The notes below the pieces were generated by a model, which did not search any database, was not told where the DNA came from, and saw nothing but the letters and a program-made list of their open reading frames with translations. This document shows positions 29,502 to 41,400 of a stretch of DNA of 64,000 bases, one piece after another. Numbering within the stretch: the first letter of the stretch is position 1; each line of letters opens with the position of its first letter. The stretch comes from a virus, in the IMG/VR virus record IMGVR_UViG_3300025769_000069; one strand, written 5' to 3'. The translations under genes were made by a program, and so were the position numbers.

Positions 29502-32500
29502 AATACCATATGTTGATCTTGGAGATACATTAAATACTCAAAGATTGCGATTTAATGATCTTATTGACTCGGTTGGAGATGTATCAACACTAAATACCGA
29601 TGCATCAAATCTAACAGCTGCTATTAACGAATTAAATGATTCAATGGGTGACTCCATTGCTATCACTACAACTGCTCAAACAATCAAAGGCGCAATTAAC
29701 GAATTAGATTCAGATCTTGGGCCAAGAGCACATACAACACTTTCTACAACTGCTAAAAATATCAGTGAAGCGATTAACGAATTAGATGCTGAACTAGGTA
29801 CTGTTACTGCTGGTGCTATGGGAACAACTGCTTCTACCGTAAGTGGCGCCATTAGTGAATTAGAAGTTGAAATTGATACTTTAAATACATTTGCAGAACC
29901 CACTCAAAGTTTAAATACAACTGCTATTACACTAGCTGATGCGATCAATGAACATGAGACTGATATTGGTTCTATGTCGCTGTCTACTGATGCATCAAAC
30001 CTAACAGCTGCCATTAATGAATTAAATGATTCAATTGGCTCTGGTGGATTGAATACAATTGCTCAAACTCTTATTGGTGCTATCAATGAGCATGAGACTG
30101 ATCTATATAGCACTGGCAACGTAGCATTTAGTGGAATGGCCTCTACTAGTTTCCAAGATGCTATAGAAGAATTAAGAGATTCTATGGGCACCTTTGGTAG
30201 CCTTACTACAACCACCAAGAATGTTATTGGTGCGATTAATGAACATGAAACCGATATTGGTTCTATGTCATTAAATACGGTTGCATCCAATTTGACAGGA
30301 GCTATCAATGAGCTAAACGATTCAATTGGTTCTGGTGGATTAAACACTTCTGCAACTACTGTAATTGGTGCGATAAATGAGCACGAGGGTGACATTGGTA
30401 ATATGTCTTTGACTACAGTAGCAACCACTCTTACCGGCGCTATCAATGAGCTACGTGACTCTATGGGTACAGAGGGTGGACTAACAACAACTGCTAAGAA
30501 TGTTATTGGCGCTATCAATGAGCACGAAACCGATATTGGTTCTATGTCATTGAACACGCTTGCTACTAACATTACTGCAGCAATTAATGAATTAAATGAC
30601 TCTATTGGTAATGGCGGATTAAGTACTACAGCCCAAACTCTTATTGACGCTATTAATGAACTAAATGATTCAATTGGTTCTGGTGGATTAAACACTACCG
30701 CTCAGACTCTTATTGGTGCTATTAATGAAATAGATGCTGATACAACTGATGCTGTTACTGAAGGCTCAACAAACCTTTACTATACTAATGAACGTGTTGA
30801 TGATAGAATTAACAATCTATTTGTAGCGGGTGAAGGTATAGATTTTACATATGATGATGGTGCGAACACATTTACAGTTGATGCTGAATTAGCGACTAGT
30901 GCGAATAAAGGTGTAGCCTCATTTAGTACAGATAATTTCTTAGTTACAAGCGGTGTTGTAACAATTAAAGATGATGGTGTTGCTCTAGGTACTGAAACAA
31001 CTGGTAATTATGTAGCTACTATTGCTGGTACCACAAATGAAATTGCTGTTTCTGGGTCAGGATCAGAAACTGCTGCTGTAACTGTTGGCCTTCCAAGCGA
31101 TGTAATAATTGCTAATGACTTGACTGTTACTAATGATTTGACTGTCAGCAATGATATGACAGTTACTGGAAACTTAACAGTTAATGGTGATACAGTTACT
31201 CTAAATGCATCTACTCTAGCAGTTGAAGATGCAACGATAGTTATTTCAAAAGGTATTACTGATAGTGCATCAGCAGCAAATGCCGGAATTTATATAGATG
31301 GATCTTCTCTAACTAAGGGTACTGAAAACGGGACTGATTATTATCAAGGTATTAGATGGAATGAGACTTCTAAATATTGGGAAGCTACTGACTCCACCGG
31401 ATCTTTCTATCAGTTGTCTATTGCTTCTCCAGCTACAGGTGGTTGGAAAGTTAGAGATGATGATAATGACGAATACTTTATCAATGCAACATCTGGTAGC
31501 GCCATCTTAAAAATTGATGGTGGAACTTCAGTACAAACTAATCTATCTGGTAGCACATTAACAGTTTCTGTAGATGATGCAACCACAGCTACTAAAGGTA
31601 TTGCATCATTTGCAACTGCAGACTTTGGTGTCACAAGTGGCGCAGTAAGTATCAAAGCAGGCGGGGTTTCAAATACTCAGCTTGAAGGCTCAATTGCTAA
31701 TGCTAAGCTAACAAACTCATCTATTACATTTGCTGATAGTGCTGCTACATCTACTGCCATTTCTTTAGGATCTACTGTTACATTCCAAGGTGATGATCCA
31801 AAAGGTGTGCATGTAACAAATTCATCTGGCACATTTACAGTATCAGCAGATGATGCTAGCGATACTCAAAAAGGTGTGGCTAAGTTTAATTCAACTAACT
31901 TTACTGTTACGAATGGCAATGTGACTTCTAATGATATTACTATTAAAACTAGAGAAGATCCGACTGGCCAAACAGTAACTCTTGGTGGTACAGTAACTAT
32001 TGATGCTGTCGACTCTGCATCAGTAAATGATATGATTGATTCAGCGTTTGGATCTAATGATTATATTCTAGCAAATTTAACAGACATTCCGCTTGGAACG
32101 AAAACATCAGGTGATTATGTAAGCACTATTGCTGTTAGTAATGGTATTGCTTCATCTGGTGCCAGCTCAGGCGAAGGAATAGCTCACGCTCTCTCATTAG
32201 ACTTCTCTACTTTAACTGATATGACTAGTGGAGTAGCAGGCACCACTGAATTTATTCTTCAAGATGGTACTACAGAATCTCGTAAAGCGATGAGTGAGAT
32301 TACTACTTCACAGTTTAATGGTGATGGCCTTACTAGAACTGGAGATATTACTCTAGATGCTTCTGGAGATGTTATACTTGATGCTGCTGCTGGTAATATT
32401 AAATTTAAAGATGCTGGTACAGATGCAATCTGGATTAATTATGCTTTGGGGGACAATGTAGAGATTGAAGCACAAGGTGCGAACAATTTAAAAATTCTGA

Positions 32501-33177
32501 CAGACTTTGGAACAGGTGGAGATGTTAGAATAGGACCTGCTAACGGTATAATTGAATTTACCGAACACGACACAACAGCTGATTTATGGATTGATGTTTC
32601 TGGCACTGAACCAACTATATATTCAGGCGCAGGAGATGATATTGTAATTAAATCTGGCGATGATATTATACTTGATGCTGCTGGAGGTGATATAACACTA
32701 AAAGATACCGATACGATCTTTGGGGGATTGTCACAATCTGGTGGCCAACTTGTAATTAAATCTGGAACTTCGCCAACAGCTGCTTTGACTTTCAACGATG
32801 ATGATGTTACAGTCGAAGGTGCACTTACTGTTGGCAACCTTTCTCTAGATCATAATTCATCTACTAATACTGGATCGACTGAAACGTTAAATTGGTCTAC
32901 TTCCGCTTTCTTTCAAATTACATCTGCTAGCAGCTCAAACTTTACAGTGGCTTTCTCTAATATTCCAGCCTCTGGTAAATTTGCTCAAATTATGGTCTTA
33001 TATAAAGCCAGCAATCAGGGTGGTGTAGATATTACATGGCCAGCTTCTGTGAAATGGAGTAGCGGCGCAGTTCCACAAACTCCAGCCGGTCCTTCTCAAG
33101 ATCAACTTTATCAATTCTTTACATTTGATGGTGGAACATCCGTATATGGCGCTGTCGTGGGCCAAAACTTTGCCTAA
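29488..33177 (+). CDS. Fibre/whisker-like protein with AINE repeats
   Basis: 1229 aa; 16 N-terminal repeats; EGSTNLYYT, KGVASF and LDAxGD fibre motifs; TATAAATA at 29351-29358 upstream. Confidence 0.75.
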   Translation: MANSRIPYVDLGDTLNTQRLRFNDLIDSVGDVSTLNTDASNLTAAINELNDSMGDSIAITTTAQTIKGAINELDSDLGPRAHTTLSTTAKNISEAINELDAELGTVTAGAMGTTASTVSGAISELEVEIDTLNTFAEPTQSLNTTAITLADAINEHETDIGSMSLSTDASNLTAAINELNDSIGSGGLNTIAQTLIGAINEHETDLYSTGNVAFSGMASTSFQDAIEELRDSMGTFGSLTTTTKNVIGAINEHETDIGSMSLNTVASNLTGAINELNDSIGSGGLNTSATTVIGAINEHEGDIGNMSLTTVATTLTGAINELRDSMGTEGGLTTTAKNVIGAINEHETDIGSMSLNTLATNITAAINELNDSIGNGGLSTTAQTLIDAINELNDSIGSGGLNTTAQTLIGAINEIDADTTDAVTEGSTNLYYTNERVDDRINNLFVAGEGIDFTYDDGANTFTVDAELATSANKGVASFSTDNFLVTSGVVTIKDDGVALGTETTGNYVATIAGTTNEIAVSGSGSETAAVTVGLPSDVIIANDLTVTNDLTVSNDMTVTGNLTVNGDTVTLNASTLAVEDATIVISKGITDSASAANAGIYIDGSSLTKGTENGTDYYQGIRWNETSKYWEATDSTGSFYQLSIASPATGGWKVRDDDNDEYFINATSGSAILKIDGGTSVQTNLSGSTLTVSVDDATTATKGIASFATADFGVTSGAVSIKAGGVSNTQLEGSIANAKLTNSSITFADSAATSTAISLGSTVTFQGDDPKGVHVTNSSGTFTVSADDASDTQKGVAKFNSTNFTVTNGNVTSNDITIKTREDPTGQTVTLGGTVTIDAVDSASVNDMIDSAFGSNDYILANLTDIPLGTKTSGDYVSTIAVSNGIASSGASSGEGIAHALSLDFSTLTDMTSGVAGTTEFILQDGTTESRKAMSEITTSQFNGDGLTRTGDITLDASGDVILDAAAGNIKFKDAGTDAIWINYALGDNVEIEAQGANNLKILTDFGTGGDVRIGPANGIIEFTEHDTTADLWIDVSGTEPTIYSGAGDDIVIKSGDDIILDAAGGDITLKDTDTIFGGLSQSGGQLVIKSGTSPTAALTFNDDDVTVEGALTVGNLSLDHNSSTNTGSTETLNWSTSAFFQITSASSSNFTVAFSNIPASGKFAQIMVLYKASNQGGVDITWPASVKWSSGAVPQTPAGPSQDQLYQFFTFDGGTSVYGAVVGQNFA
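29570..30740 (+). repeat. About 16 tandem ~23-codon repeats LxTxAxxLxxAINE(L/H)xxxxG
   Basis: Visible in both protein and DNA (recurring GCxATxAAYGAR). Confidence 0.9.
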
Positions 33178-33186
33178 GAGGTATAA

Positions 33187-34968
33187 ATGCTATTATTACA
33201 TAATCCAAACCTTGGCCATATTGTAAGTTACGATATCAGAAATTTAAGGCCTTCTAGATTAGATAGTGATAATGGCCCTCTGATGGTTGTTGATATGAAT
33301 TACCCTGAATTTAAATCTCAACTTTGGAATAAGCAAGGGCCGTGGAGAGATAGTGCTGACGGGGGACACGCCGGACAAAGGTTGCCGAAAGATTTTTATC
33401 CAAATGACACTGTTCAATATGATTTAGACAGGAGTGCTGGGGATACCTATTTCAGAGGCGGTATTCATAATATTAAATTCTGGCCAGCTGGATACAATGA
33501 AGCTTCTGGTAAAAGTTCTTTCGTTACTGTACATTACGGACCGCCCTATTACTTTGTTAGAAGATATGTTGGATATGGTGCATCACCAACCACTGGTTTC
33601 CAATTACAGCAAGAAGCAAGTCAAATTACTTCATGGCAAGTAAATAATCCTAGGGGAGATCTTTCAGAATTTCATAGATATTATTCTGGCCATAACTTTA
33701 TTGGAGATTCTCAATCATGGGATTATTCTGAAGCAAACTTATTTAGAAATGATTTATATTATGGTGCTTTCTTTAAATCATATCCATATTCTGCAGTAAA
33801 TAATTTAGTTGATGTTGAATTTCCACACAATCAACTGATATGGACTCTAGAGTCTAGAGATGACGTGGCAGGTGACACCCATTGCGGGACCTTAAGAAGA
33901 TATAATACTTCATCCTCTTATTGGCACAATTGGTCTTCTACTGCTTCATTCACCAGCCCAGCAACAACTATTGCTATAGATTCTGATTTTTTAAATGTAG
34001 CCGCAGGTGATGACTGGTATATTGGCCCATCATCCGGTAATTTTGTCGCGTCAGCGGTGAAAATAAGAATTCAAAGACCAGAAAGTGTTGCGATTCCGTC
34101 TACTCAACAAAGTAGAAAAGTTCTAATGCATGTACGTGGAATAATTCCAAGACATGATAGAGGATATAATTATAAAAGTTGGTATGATTGGGATCATCAT
34201 GATAGTATAGGAAGCAACTACGTTGGGTACAGAAGCGATTGGATTATTTCAGCAACTTTAACTGATGCAGCTGATGCTAATATTACGGCTGATAGTAGTG
34301 CTTATCACTTTAATATTGCTCAGCACATCGGATATCAAGGCTCCAATTATTCACCAACGAAACAGAGATATTATACCGACATTCAAGCCTTTGACATTAG
34401 TAATGATGGGAAAATATTAACTGTCGCGGTTGACGATTTTGCTGGCGGCGACGCTATACTAAACTTTACTTTAGATACACCATGGGATTTGCGCACGGTG
34501 CAACCATGGGATTGGTATGATAGCGCTGCTGCGGCTTCTGGCCGCGGTGGGACTGATACACTGTCCGGTTTTGGCATCAGCAAAAGCGTTGGGACCGCGA
34601 TTAATGTTCCAAGGCGGGAGTTTTACACGAACGCAGATAGTGCTATGACATATAGATTATATAACATAGCAGACGTAAAAGGTATGACTGGAGTTGTTGG
34701 TAGTGGTACTTCTTATCTTGGTGACTCTGGTGATTTTACTCACTGGACTATAAACAAAGCCGCCACCTACGAAAGAGGAATAGGTAACGGCATTAATGCT
34801 ATTCAATGGAATGATCGTGGAACCTTATTATACGTAGTGGGCCAAGATGGGGCTGTAGTACAATATGAAACTGGTATATTAAGAGATAGCGCTTTTGCTA
34901 AAGATTTATACTACACCGATGACAGCACTGGACCCGGTGGAAAAATCACTTGGTATGGTAGAAAATAA
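33187..34968 (+). CDS. Putative receptor-binding / beta-propeller-like virion protein
   Basis: Trp/Tyr-rich; DISNDGKIL..LDTPWDL and WNDRGTLLYVVG blade-like motifs. Confidence 0.5.
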   Translation: MLLLHNPNLGHIVSYDIRNLRPSRLDSDNGPLMVVDMNYPEFKSQLWNKQGPWRDSADGGHAGQRLPKDFYPNDTVQYDLDRSAGDTYFRGGIHNIKFWPAGYNEASGKSSFVTVHYGPPYYFVRRYVGYGASPTTGFQLQQEASQITSWQVNNPRGDLSEFHRYYSGHNFIGDSQSWDYSEANLFRNDLYYGAFFKSYPYSAVNNLVDVEFPHNQLIWTLESRDDVAGDTHCGTLRRYNTSSSYWHNWSSTASFTSPATTIAIDSDFLNVAAGDDWYIGPSSGNFVASAVKIRIQRPESVAIPSTQQSRKVLMHVRGIIPRHDRGYNYKSWYDWDHHDSIGSNYVGYRSDWIISATLTDAADANITADSSAYHFNIAQHIGYQGSNYSPTKQRYYTDIQAFDISNDGKILTVAVDDFAGGDAILNFTLDTPWDLRTVQPWDWYDSAAAASGRGGTDTLSGFGISKSVGTAINVPRREFYTNADSAMTYRLYNIADVKGMTGVVGSGTSYLGDSGDFTHWTINKAATYERGIGNGINAIQWNDRGTLLYVVGQDGAVVQYETGILRDSAFAKDLYYTDDSTGPGGKITWYGRK

Positions 34969-34992
34969 TTTTAGTTTATAATTAGTTTTAAA

Positions 34993-35026
34993 ATAAAGGT
35001 CAACATTGTTGGCCTTTTATTTTTTT
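34993..35026 (+). terminator. Rho-independent terminator
   Basis: AAAGGTCAAC-att-GTTGGCCTTT followed by T-rich tract. Confidence 0.75.
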
Positions 35027-35041
35027 ATAAATTGATTTGAT

Positions 35042-35049
35042 TATAAATA
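35042..35049 (+). promoter_or_regulatory. T4-type late promoter
   Basis: TATAAATA directly after the terminator. Confidence 0.75.
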
Positions 35050-35105
35050 AAATCAAATGGAGCAGGGGCGTGTTGGCGCGTCCGACAAAGAAACACGAGG
35101 ATTTC

Positions 35106-35459
35106 ATGGCCCAATATGAAGAGTTTACTATTGACCAAGGCAGCGATGTATCTGTAGAAATAAGCTGCGTAAATATAGACGGATCAGTTAAAGATTTATC
35201 TAACCATACAATCCAAGCAAAAATGAAGAAAAGTTATAACAGTGACTCGGCAGACACTGTTGATTTTACTGCGGGCGTAGGTGTACCAGCAGCTGATGGA
35301 GTTATACTCTTATCTCTTACAAATAGTCAAACTGATGCTATTAAACCGGGAAGATGGGTATATGATGTTGAAATTTCTTTTGTAGATAGTGATGGCGCCG
35401 TAATTAAAGAAAGAATTCTAGAAGGTAGAGTTCAAGTAACACCATCAGTCACTAGGTAA
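35106..35459 (+). CDS. Small fibre adaptor / Ig-like structural protein
   Basis: IDQGSD, AKMKKSY, LSLTNSQT, GRWVYDVEI, RILEGRVQVTPSVT; GAGG RBS supports ATG 35106. Confidence 0.7.
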   Translation: MAQYEEFTIDQGSDVSVEISCVNIDGSVKDLSNHTIQAKMKKSYNSDSADTVDFTAGVGVPAADGVILLSLTNSQTDAIKPGRWVYDVEISFVDSDGAVIKERILEGRVQVTPSVTR

Positions 35460-35465
35460 GAGAAC

Positions 35466-38400
35466 ATGGCAGATAGAATCATAACAACAAAAATTAAAAA
35501 TGTCAAAGTTGGTAGACCAATTAGAAGTACTGTTGGAGCTACTATTACTTTTGGCGGTTTATCAGATACTCTTATCACTCTTCAGGCTCATGATGATACA
35601 ATAATCTGGGATAGCGATTATGCAAGATGGGTAAACGTACCTTCTCTTACTCTTATAGATTCTGCTGTTTCTAATAATAGTACACTACAGTCATCTATTA
35701 GAGAGTTGATTAGTGGTTCTGGCGATGTCCAATATAATTCTTCTACTGGTGTAATTTCTTTAACAACAACTCAATCTAATTTTGATTCAAACTTTAATGT
35801 TGCTATAGATGCCGCAGCTCTAGATGGTGTTGGACTTGCATATGATTCCGGAACTAGAGCTCTTTCAATTGACAGCGCGGAATTAGCATCATACTATAGA
35901 CAAGATATTAGATCTTATTTTTCAGCTGATGGTGATTTATCTTATAATGCCACAACAGGTGAATTTAGTTTTGATGTTGAGAATGTCTATACTCAAGCTA
36001 ATTTCGACTCAGACTTTAACACAACTCTAGATAATGCTGCCATTGATGGTGTTGGTCTTACATACGATGCTGAAAACAATAAATTAAGTATTGACTCAGC
36101 TGAACTTTCACAATATTATAGTACAAATGATATTACTGAAGGTTCCAATAATTTATATTACACAACAGCTCGTTCTGACTCAGATTTTGATGTAAGATTA
36201 GCAACTAAAACCACTAGTGATGTTTCTGAAGGAACTAATTTATATTATACAACAACTAGATTTGATTCTGATTTTGCTGCTATATTTGATTCTAATTTCA
36301 ATATAGCATTAGATGGTGCGGCCCTAAATGGTAATGGATTAGATTATAATGATTTTGACAATACTCTATCCATTGCTGATACGCTAGTTGAAGCAGGCAA
36401 TTATGGTGGAGTTACAACATCATTAGATCTCCGCATTTTGTCAACTGGACAAATTGATTCAGCAGTGGCTAGACCTATCGCTGTTGTTCAAGCATTTACC
36501 TTTAGTGACTCATCTAGAGGGCAATTTACAATAAATACCCCTGCAGGCGACTTCACTGCTACTATGGGTGAGTATGTTACTGATGAAGCAAGAGCAGCTC
36601 TAGTTGCTGGTACTGGTGTAACTTATGACAGCGCTAATGGAATTATTTCAATTGGCCAAGCTGTTGCAACATCAAGTAATGTTCAGTTTAATAACTTAAC
36701 ACTTGATGGTGATCTTACTGTTAATGGCACAACAACCACTATTAATTCTACGACAATAAGTGTAAATGATAAGAATATCGTTCTTGCTGATAGCGCTGTA
36801 GACTCAGCTGCAACAGATGGAGCTGGTATTACTGTTGCAACTTCCGGAGCATCAATTACATACGATCATACAAATGCTACATGGGATTTGAATAGGCCTC
36901 TTGGAAGAGATATTAATGTTCTATCAGAGCATTCTACAGATGATGTATCTGAGGGATCTAATCTATATTATACAACTGCTAGAGCAAATACAGATTTTGA
37001 TACCAGACTTGCAACTAAAACAACTGGTGATCTAACCGAAGGTTCTAATCTTTATTATACTAGATCTAGATTTGATAGTGACCTTGCTTCTGATCCATCA
37101 GTATCGTCAATTAGAACTTATTTCTCTACAACTGGCGATTTAAGCTATGATAATTCAACTGGTGTCTTTAGTTTTAACGTTGAAGATGCTTATACTCAAG
37201 AAAACTTTGAGTCAGACTTTACTCAAGCAGTAGACAGCATATCAACTAATTTAATACCAGGAGCTGATATTACATATGATCTTGGTAGTTCAAGTCGTAG
37301 ATGGAGAGATTTATACTTAAGCGGTAGTTCAATTAATCTTGGTAATTTAGTTATCACAGATAGTTCTGGAATTTTTGCTGTAAAAGATAGTGCTGGCTCT
37401 GTTGTACAAATTGACCTTGCAACTAATACCACTAATGATTTAGCTGAAGGATCAACTAATTTATACTATACAACTGCTAGATTTGATTCTGATTTTGGTG
37501 ATAATACAACAAGTGATCTAACCGAAGGTTCTAATCTTTATTATACAGATGATCGTGTTAATACCTTTTTAGGAAGTGGGAGTGCAACAACATTAACAAC
37601 AACTGGCAACGTTACCGTTGGTGGCGATTTAACTGTTAATGGCACAACAACCACTATTAATTCTACTACGTTATCGGTTAATGATAAGAACATAGTTCTA
37701 GCTGATAGCGCTGCAGATTCTTCAGCTGCTAATGGTGCTGGTATTACTGTAGCTGGAGCTAATGCTACAATCTTATATGATCATGCAAATGCTACATGGG
37801 ATTTAAATAGACCTCTTGGAAGAGATATTAACGTTCTTTCTGAACATAGCACTACAGATCTAAGCGAAGGTTCTAATCTTTATTATACTAGAGCAAGATT
37901 TGATTCTGCATTAGGAGATACTACATCAACTTCTACTATTAGAGGATATTTCTCAGCTGGTGGAGACTTATCATATAATTCTTCTACTGGTGAATTTAGT
38001 TTTGATGTTGAAAATGTTTATACAAAAGCCAACTTCGATTCTGATTTCAACTATGCTCTAGACAGTGCTGCTTTAGGCGGCACAGGGTTAACATATACAG
38101 CTAGTACCAATACATTAAGCATAACTAATACTGGTGTAGATTCAGGCGTATATGGTTCGGCGTCTTTAGTTCCTGTTCTTACTATTAATGCTCAAGGTCA
38201 AATTGATTCAGCTGGAACAGTTTCAGTTGCTGGAGTATCATCAGTTACTTTTGATAGCGCTAATTATAACTACACAATCTCTACAGCTGATGGTGGAAGT
38301 TACTTAAAGAACATTCATACCAGACCTACTCTATCCAATATTGCTGGCACTTATGGCTCAGCTTCAGCAGTTCCTATTGTAAAAGTAGATCAATTTGGTC

Positions 38401-41400
38401 ACGTGGATTCTATTAGCACGGTATCTGTTGCTGGTGTAACTAATTTTGCATATGATTCAGCTGAAGGTAGACTTACAATTAGTACAGCAGATGGTGGATC
38501 TTATCCTACTGTAGTTACTCTAGATCCATTCACCACTACCAATTTAAGTGAAGGTTCGAACCTTTACTATACAACTGCTAGATTTGATAGCGACTTTGGT
38601 GATAATACCACCTCAGATCTTACAGAAGGTTCTAATCTTTATTATACAACTGCACGAGCAGATTCAGATGCTAAGGCAGCAATTTCTGTAACAGATGCTG
38701 GTGGTGATGGTTCATTAACATATAATTCAGGAGTAATAACCTATACAGGTCCATCTGCTTCAGAAGTTAGAGCTCATTTTACAGCTGGAACTGGTGTTTC
38801 TATTTCAAGTGGGGAAGTTTCAATTGGGCAACCTGTTGCAACCACTTCAGATGTTACCTTTGCAAAAATTACAGGTGACTCTGCTAACCTTGATAATATT
38901 AAATTTACAACCTTATCAACACCCCCATCAAGTACATTTGGTACAATGTATTATGACTCTGATGAGCAGAAAGGCCCATCTATTACTCTTCGGACTTTAG
39001 AAAACACTGCACCAGGTGTTACTCTTAATGTAGGCCAAGAGATATTATTATATGTGCATAACTTAACAGGTGCACAAGTCAATAATGGTGATGTAGTTTA
39101 TATTTCAGGCACAGCACATGGTAAACATCCTCAGATATCTTTAGCAAAAGCTGATGCATCTTCTACTGCACAACCAACCGGTGTTGCAACAATGGATATT
39201 CCAGATGGAGCACATGGTTGGGTTACAAGATATGGTATGGTGCGAGATCTTGATACTTCTGCTTATACTGCTGGAGATGTTCTATATCTTTCAAAAGATT
39301 CTGATGGTAAGTTAACAAATACATCAATCACTGTTGATGAAGGGTATCCTGTTCACATAGCAAGAGTTATGACTGCTGATGCAAGCGCAGGTATGATACT
39401 TGTTGATCCATTCTCAGAACATTTTGAATATCTAAGAGTTCAAGATAGAGTGAAAATAGATGGATCACTACAAGCTGATTCAGCTGCTCTTGGACAAATT
39501 GAATTTTCTACTAGCTGGGCTGATAGCCATATTGGATTCACAGAAGGTGCTCTTTGGTATGATCCGTATCATAAAAATTTAAATTATTATACGGACTTCG
39601 ATCATCCAATTGAAATTGGTATGCAAGTTATCGAAAGAGTTTATAACGAAACAGGATCGACAATCAATAAAGGTTCACCTCTTTACTATTCTGGTAATCG
39701 TACCGATATTGCAGGGCAAGAATCGCCTACTGTTGCTCTAGCAAATGCAACATCTTCTACAAAGTATAATGTACAAGGTTTGGCGGCTGAGGATATACCA
39801 AACAATTCATACGGACAGATCGTAGTTGCTGGTGTAATTGATGGTTTTGACACTTCATCATTAAATGCAGGTGAAAATTTCTTTGTTGGTTTAACAGATG
39901 GTGCTGTTCAAAATGCGCCTCCTAGTTATCCAAACTATCCTATGTGTCTAGGTTGGGTGATAATTTCAGATCCAAGTAATGGTAAAGTAATTATAAACCA
40001 ACAAAACCATTCTGTTAATAGCTTTAGGGTTCAAGGTGACACCCATATTAGTTCAAATCTTATTGTTGATGGTAACTTTACGGTTAACGGAACCCAGACA
40101 ATTGCTTCTACAGAAAATGTTAATATTGGTGGTAATATACAATATTTGAACGCTGGTAATACTATTGGTGAAGATAATACAGTATTCGTTGGTACAGGTT
40201 TAGACGACGCATTTTATGCTGGACATTATAGTGGAGATTCATCAAGTAAATCATTCTTTGTAAAAATTGATGGTACAGGCACACCAGATACATTTGAATG
40301 GGGATTTGATAGCTCAGTAGGTACAGAGGCAACAGGTGTTGCGATTACTGGAGCTGAACAAACTTTAGCAGCTGGTATTTCAATTGATTTTGGTGCGACA
40401 ACTGGTCACACGAGTGGAGATAAATGGACTGGTACAGCCAGTGCACTTAATACTGACACTGGCTTATTCTCTAATAAAAATGAAGGTGATGCTGGGAACG
40501 GTTATACACATATCGGTTTGTATTGGGATGCGTCTGAAGATGAGTGGACTTTTGTAGGACAATATGAGTCAGAACCAACGGCACCTATTGATAGATCAGC
40601 ACCCACTTTCCAATATGGCGATGTTAGAGGTAAAGATTTTTATGGTACAACATTTAATGGTGCACTTTCAGGTAATGCAACGACAGCTACAAGATTACAA
40701 ACCGCTAGAAACTTTAGTCTAACAGGTGACATTACTGCAAGTGCAGTATCATTCGATGGTACAGGTAACATACAACTTACCACTGCCTATAATCCTAATT
40801 CAATTGTAAATGGCGATATTAGTCCAACTGCAGCCATTGTAGATACTAAACTGGCTACGATTAGTACTGCTGGTAAAGTACAAAATGGCGCAACAACAGC
40901 AACAAGTGCAAATACAGCTTCTGCTATCGTAGCTCGTGATGCATCTGGTAACTTTAGTGCAGGTACAATTACTGCTGACTTTGATAGATCTGCAAATACA
41001 ACGGTCGCAGCTGGTACATATGGTTCGGCTTCATTAGTCCCAGTCTTAACAATTGATGCTAGTGGATTTATTGATTCTGCCGGCACAGTATCTGTTGCTG
41101 GTGTTTCTAGCACTACTTGGGATTCTGACACTGCAATATTTACCATTAATACAGCAGATGGCGGATCATATGAAACTAGAACATTAATTAATTCTAATCT
41201 TGTTAATCATGATAATACAACAGGCTTTGTGGCTGATGAGCATATTGCTCACTCCGGAGTAACAATTACTGCTGGTACAGGTTTAACTGGTGGTGGTACA
41301 ATAGCTGCTAGCAGAACACTGAATGTTGTTGGTGGTAACGGTATTATTGCTAACGCTAACGATATTCAAATCGACTCTGCTAATGTTAGAGGAATGTTTA

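Noticed and set aside
30063-30695. 210-aa minus-strand repeat ORF
   Set aside because: Antisense shadow of the AINE repeats
35037-35105. N-terminal extension of the 35037 ORF from TTG
   Set aside because: Overlaps the late promoter; GAGG RBS supports ATG 35106
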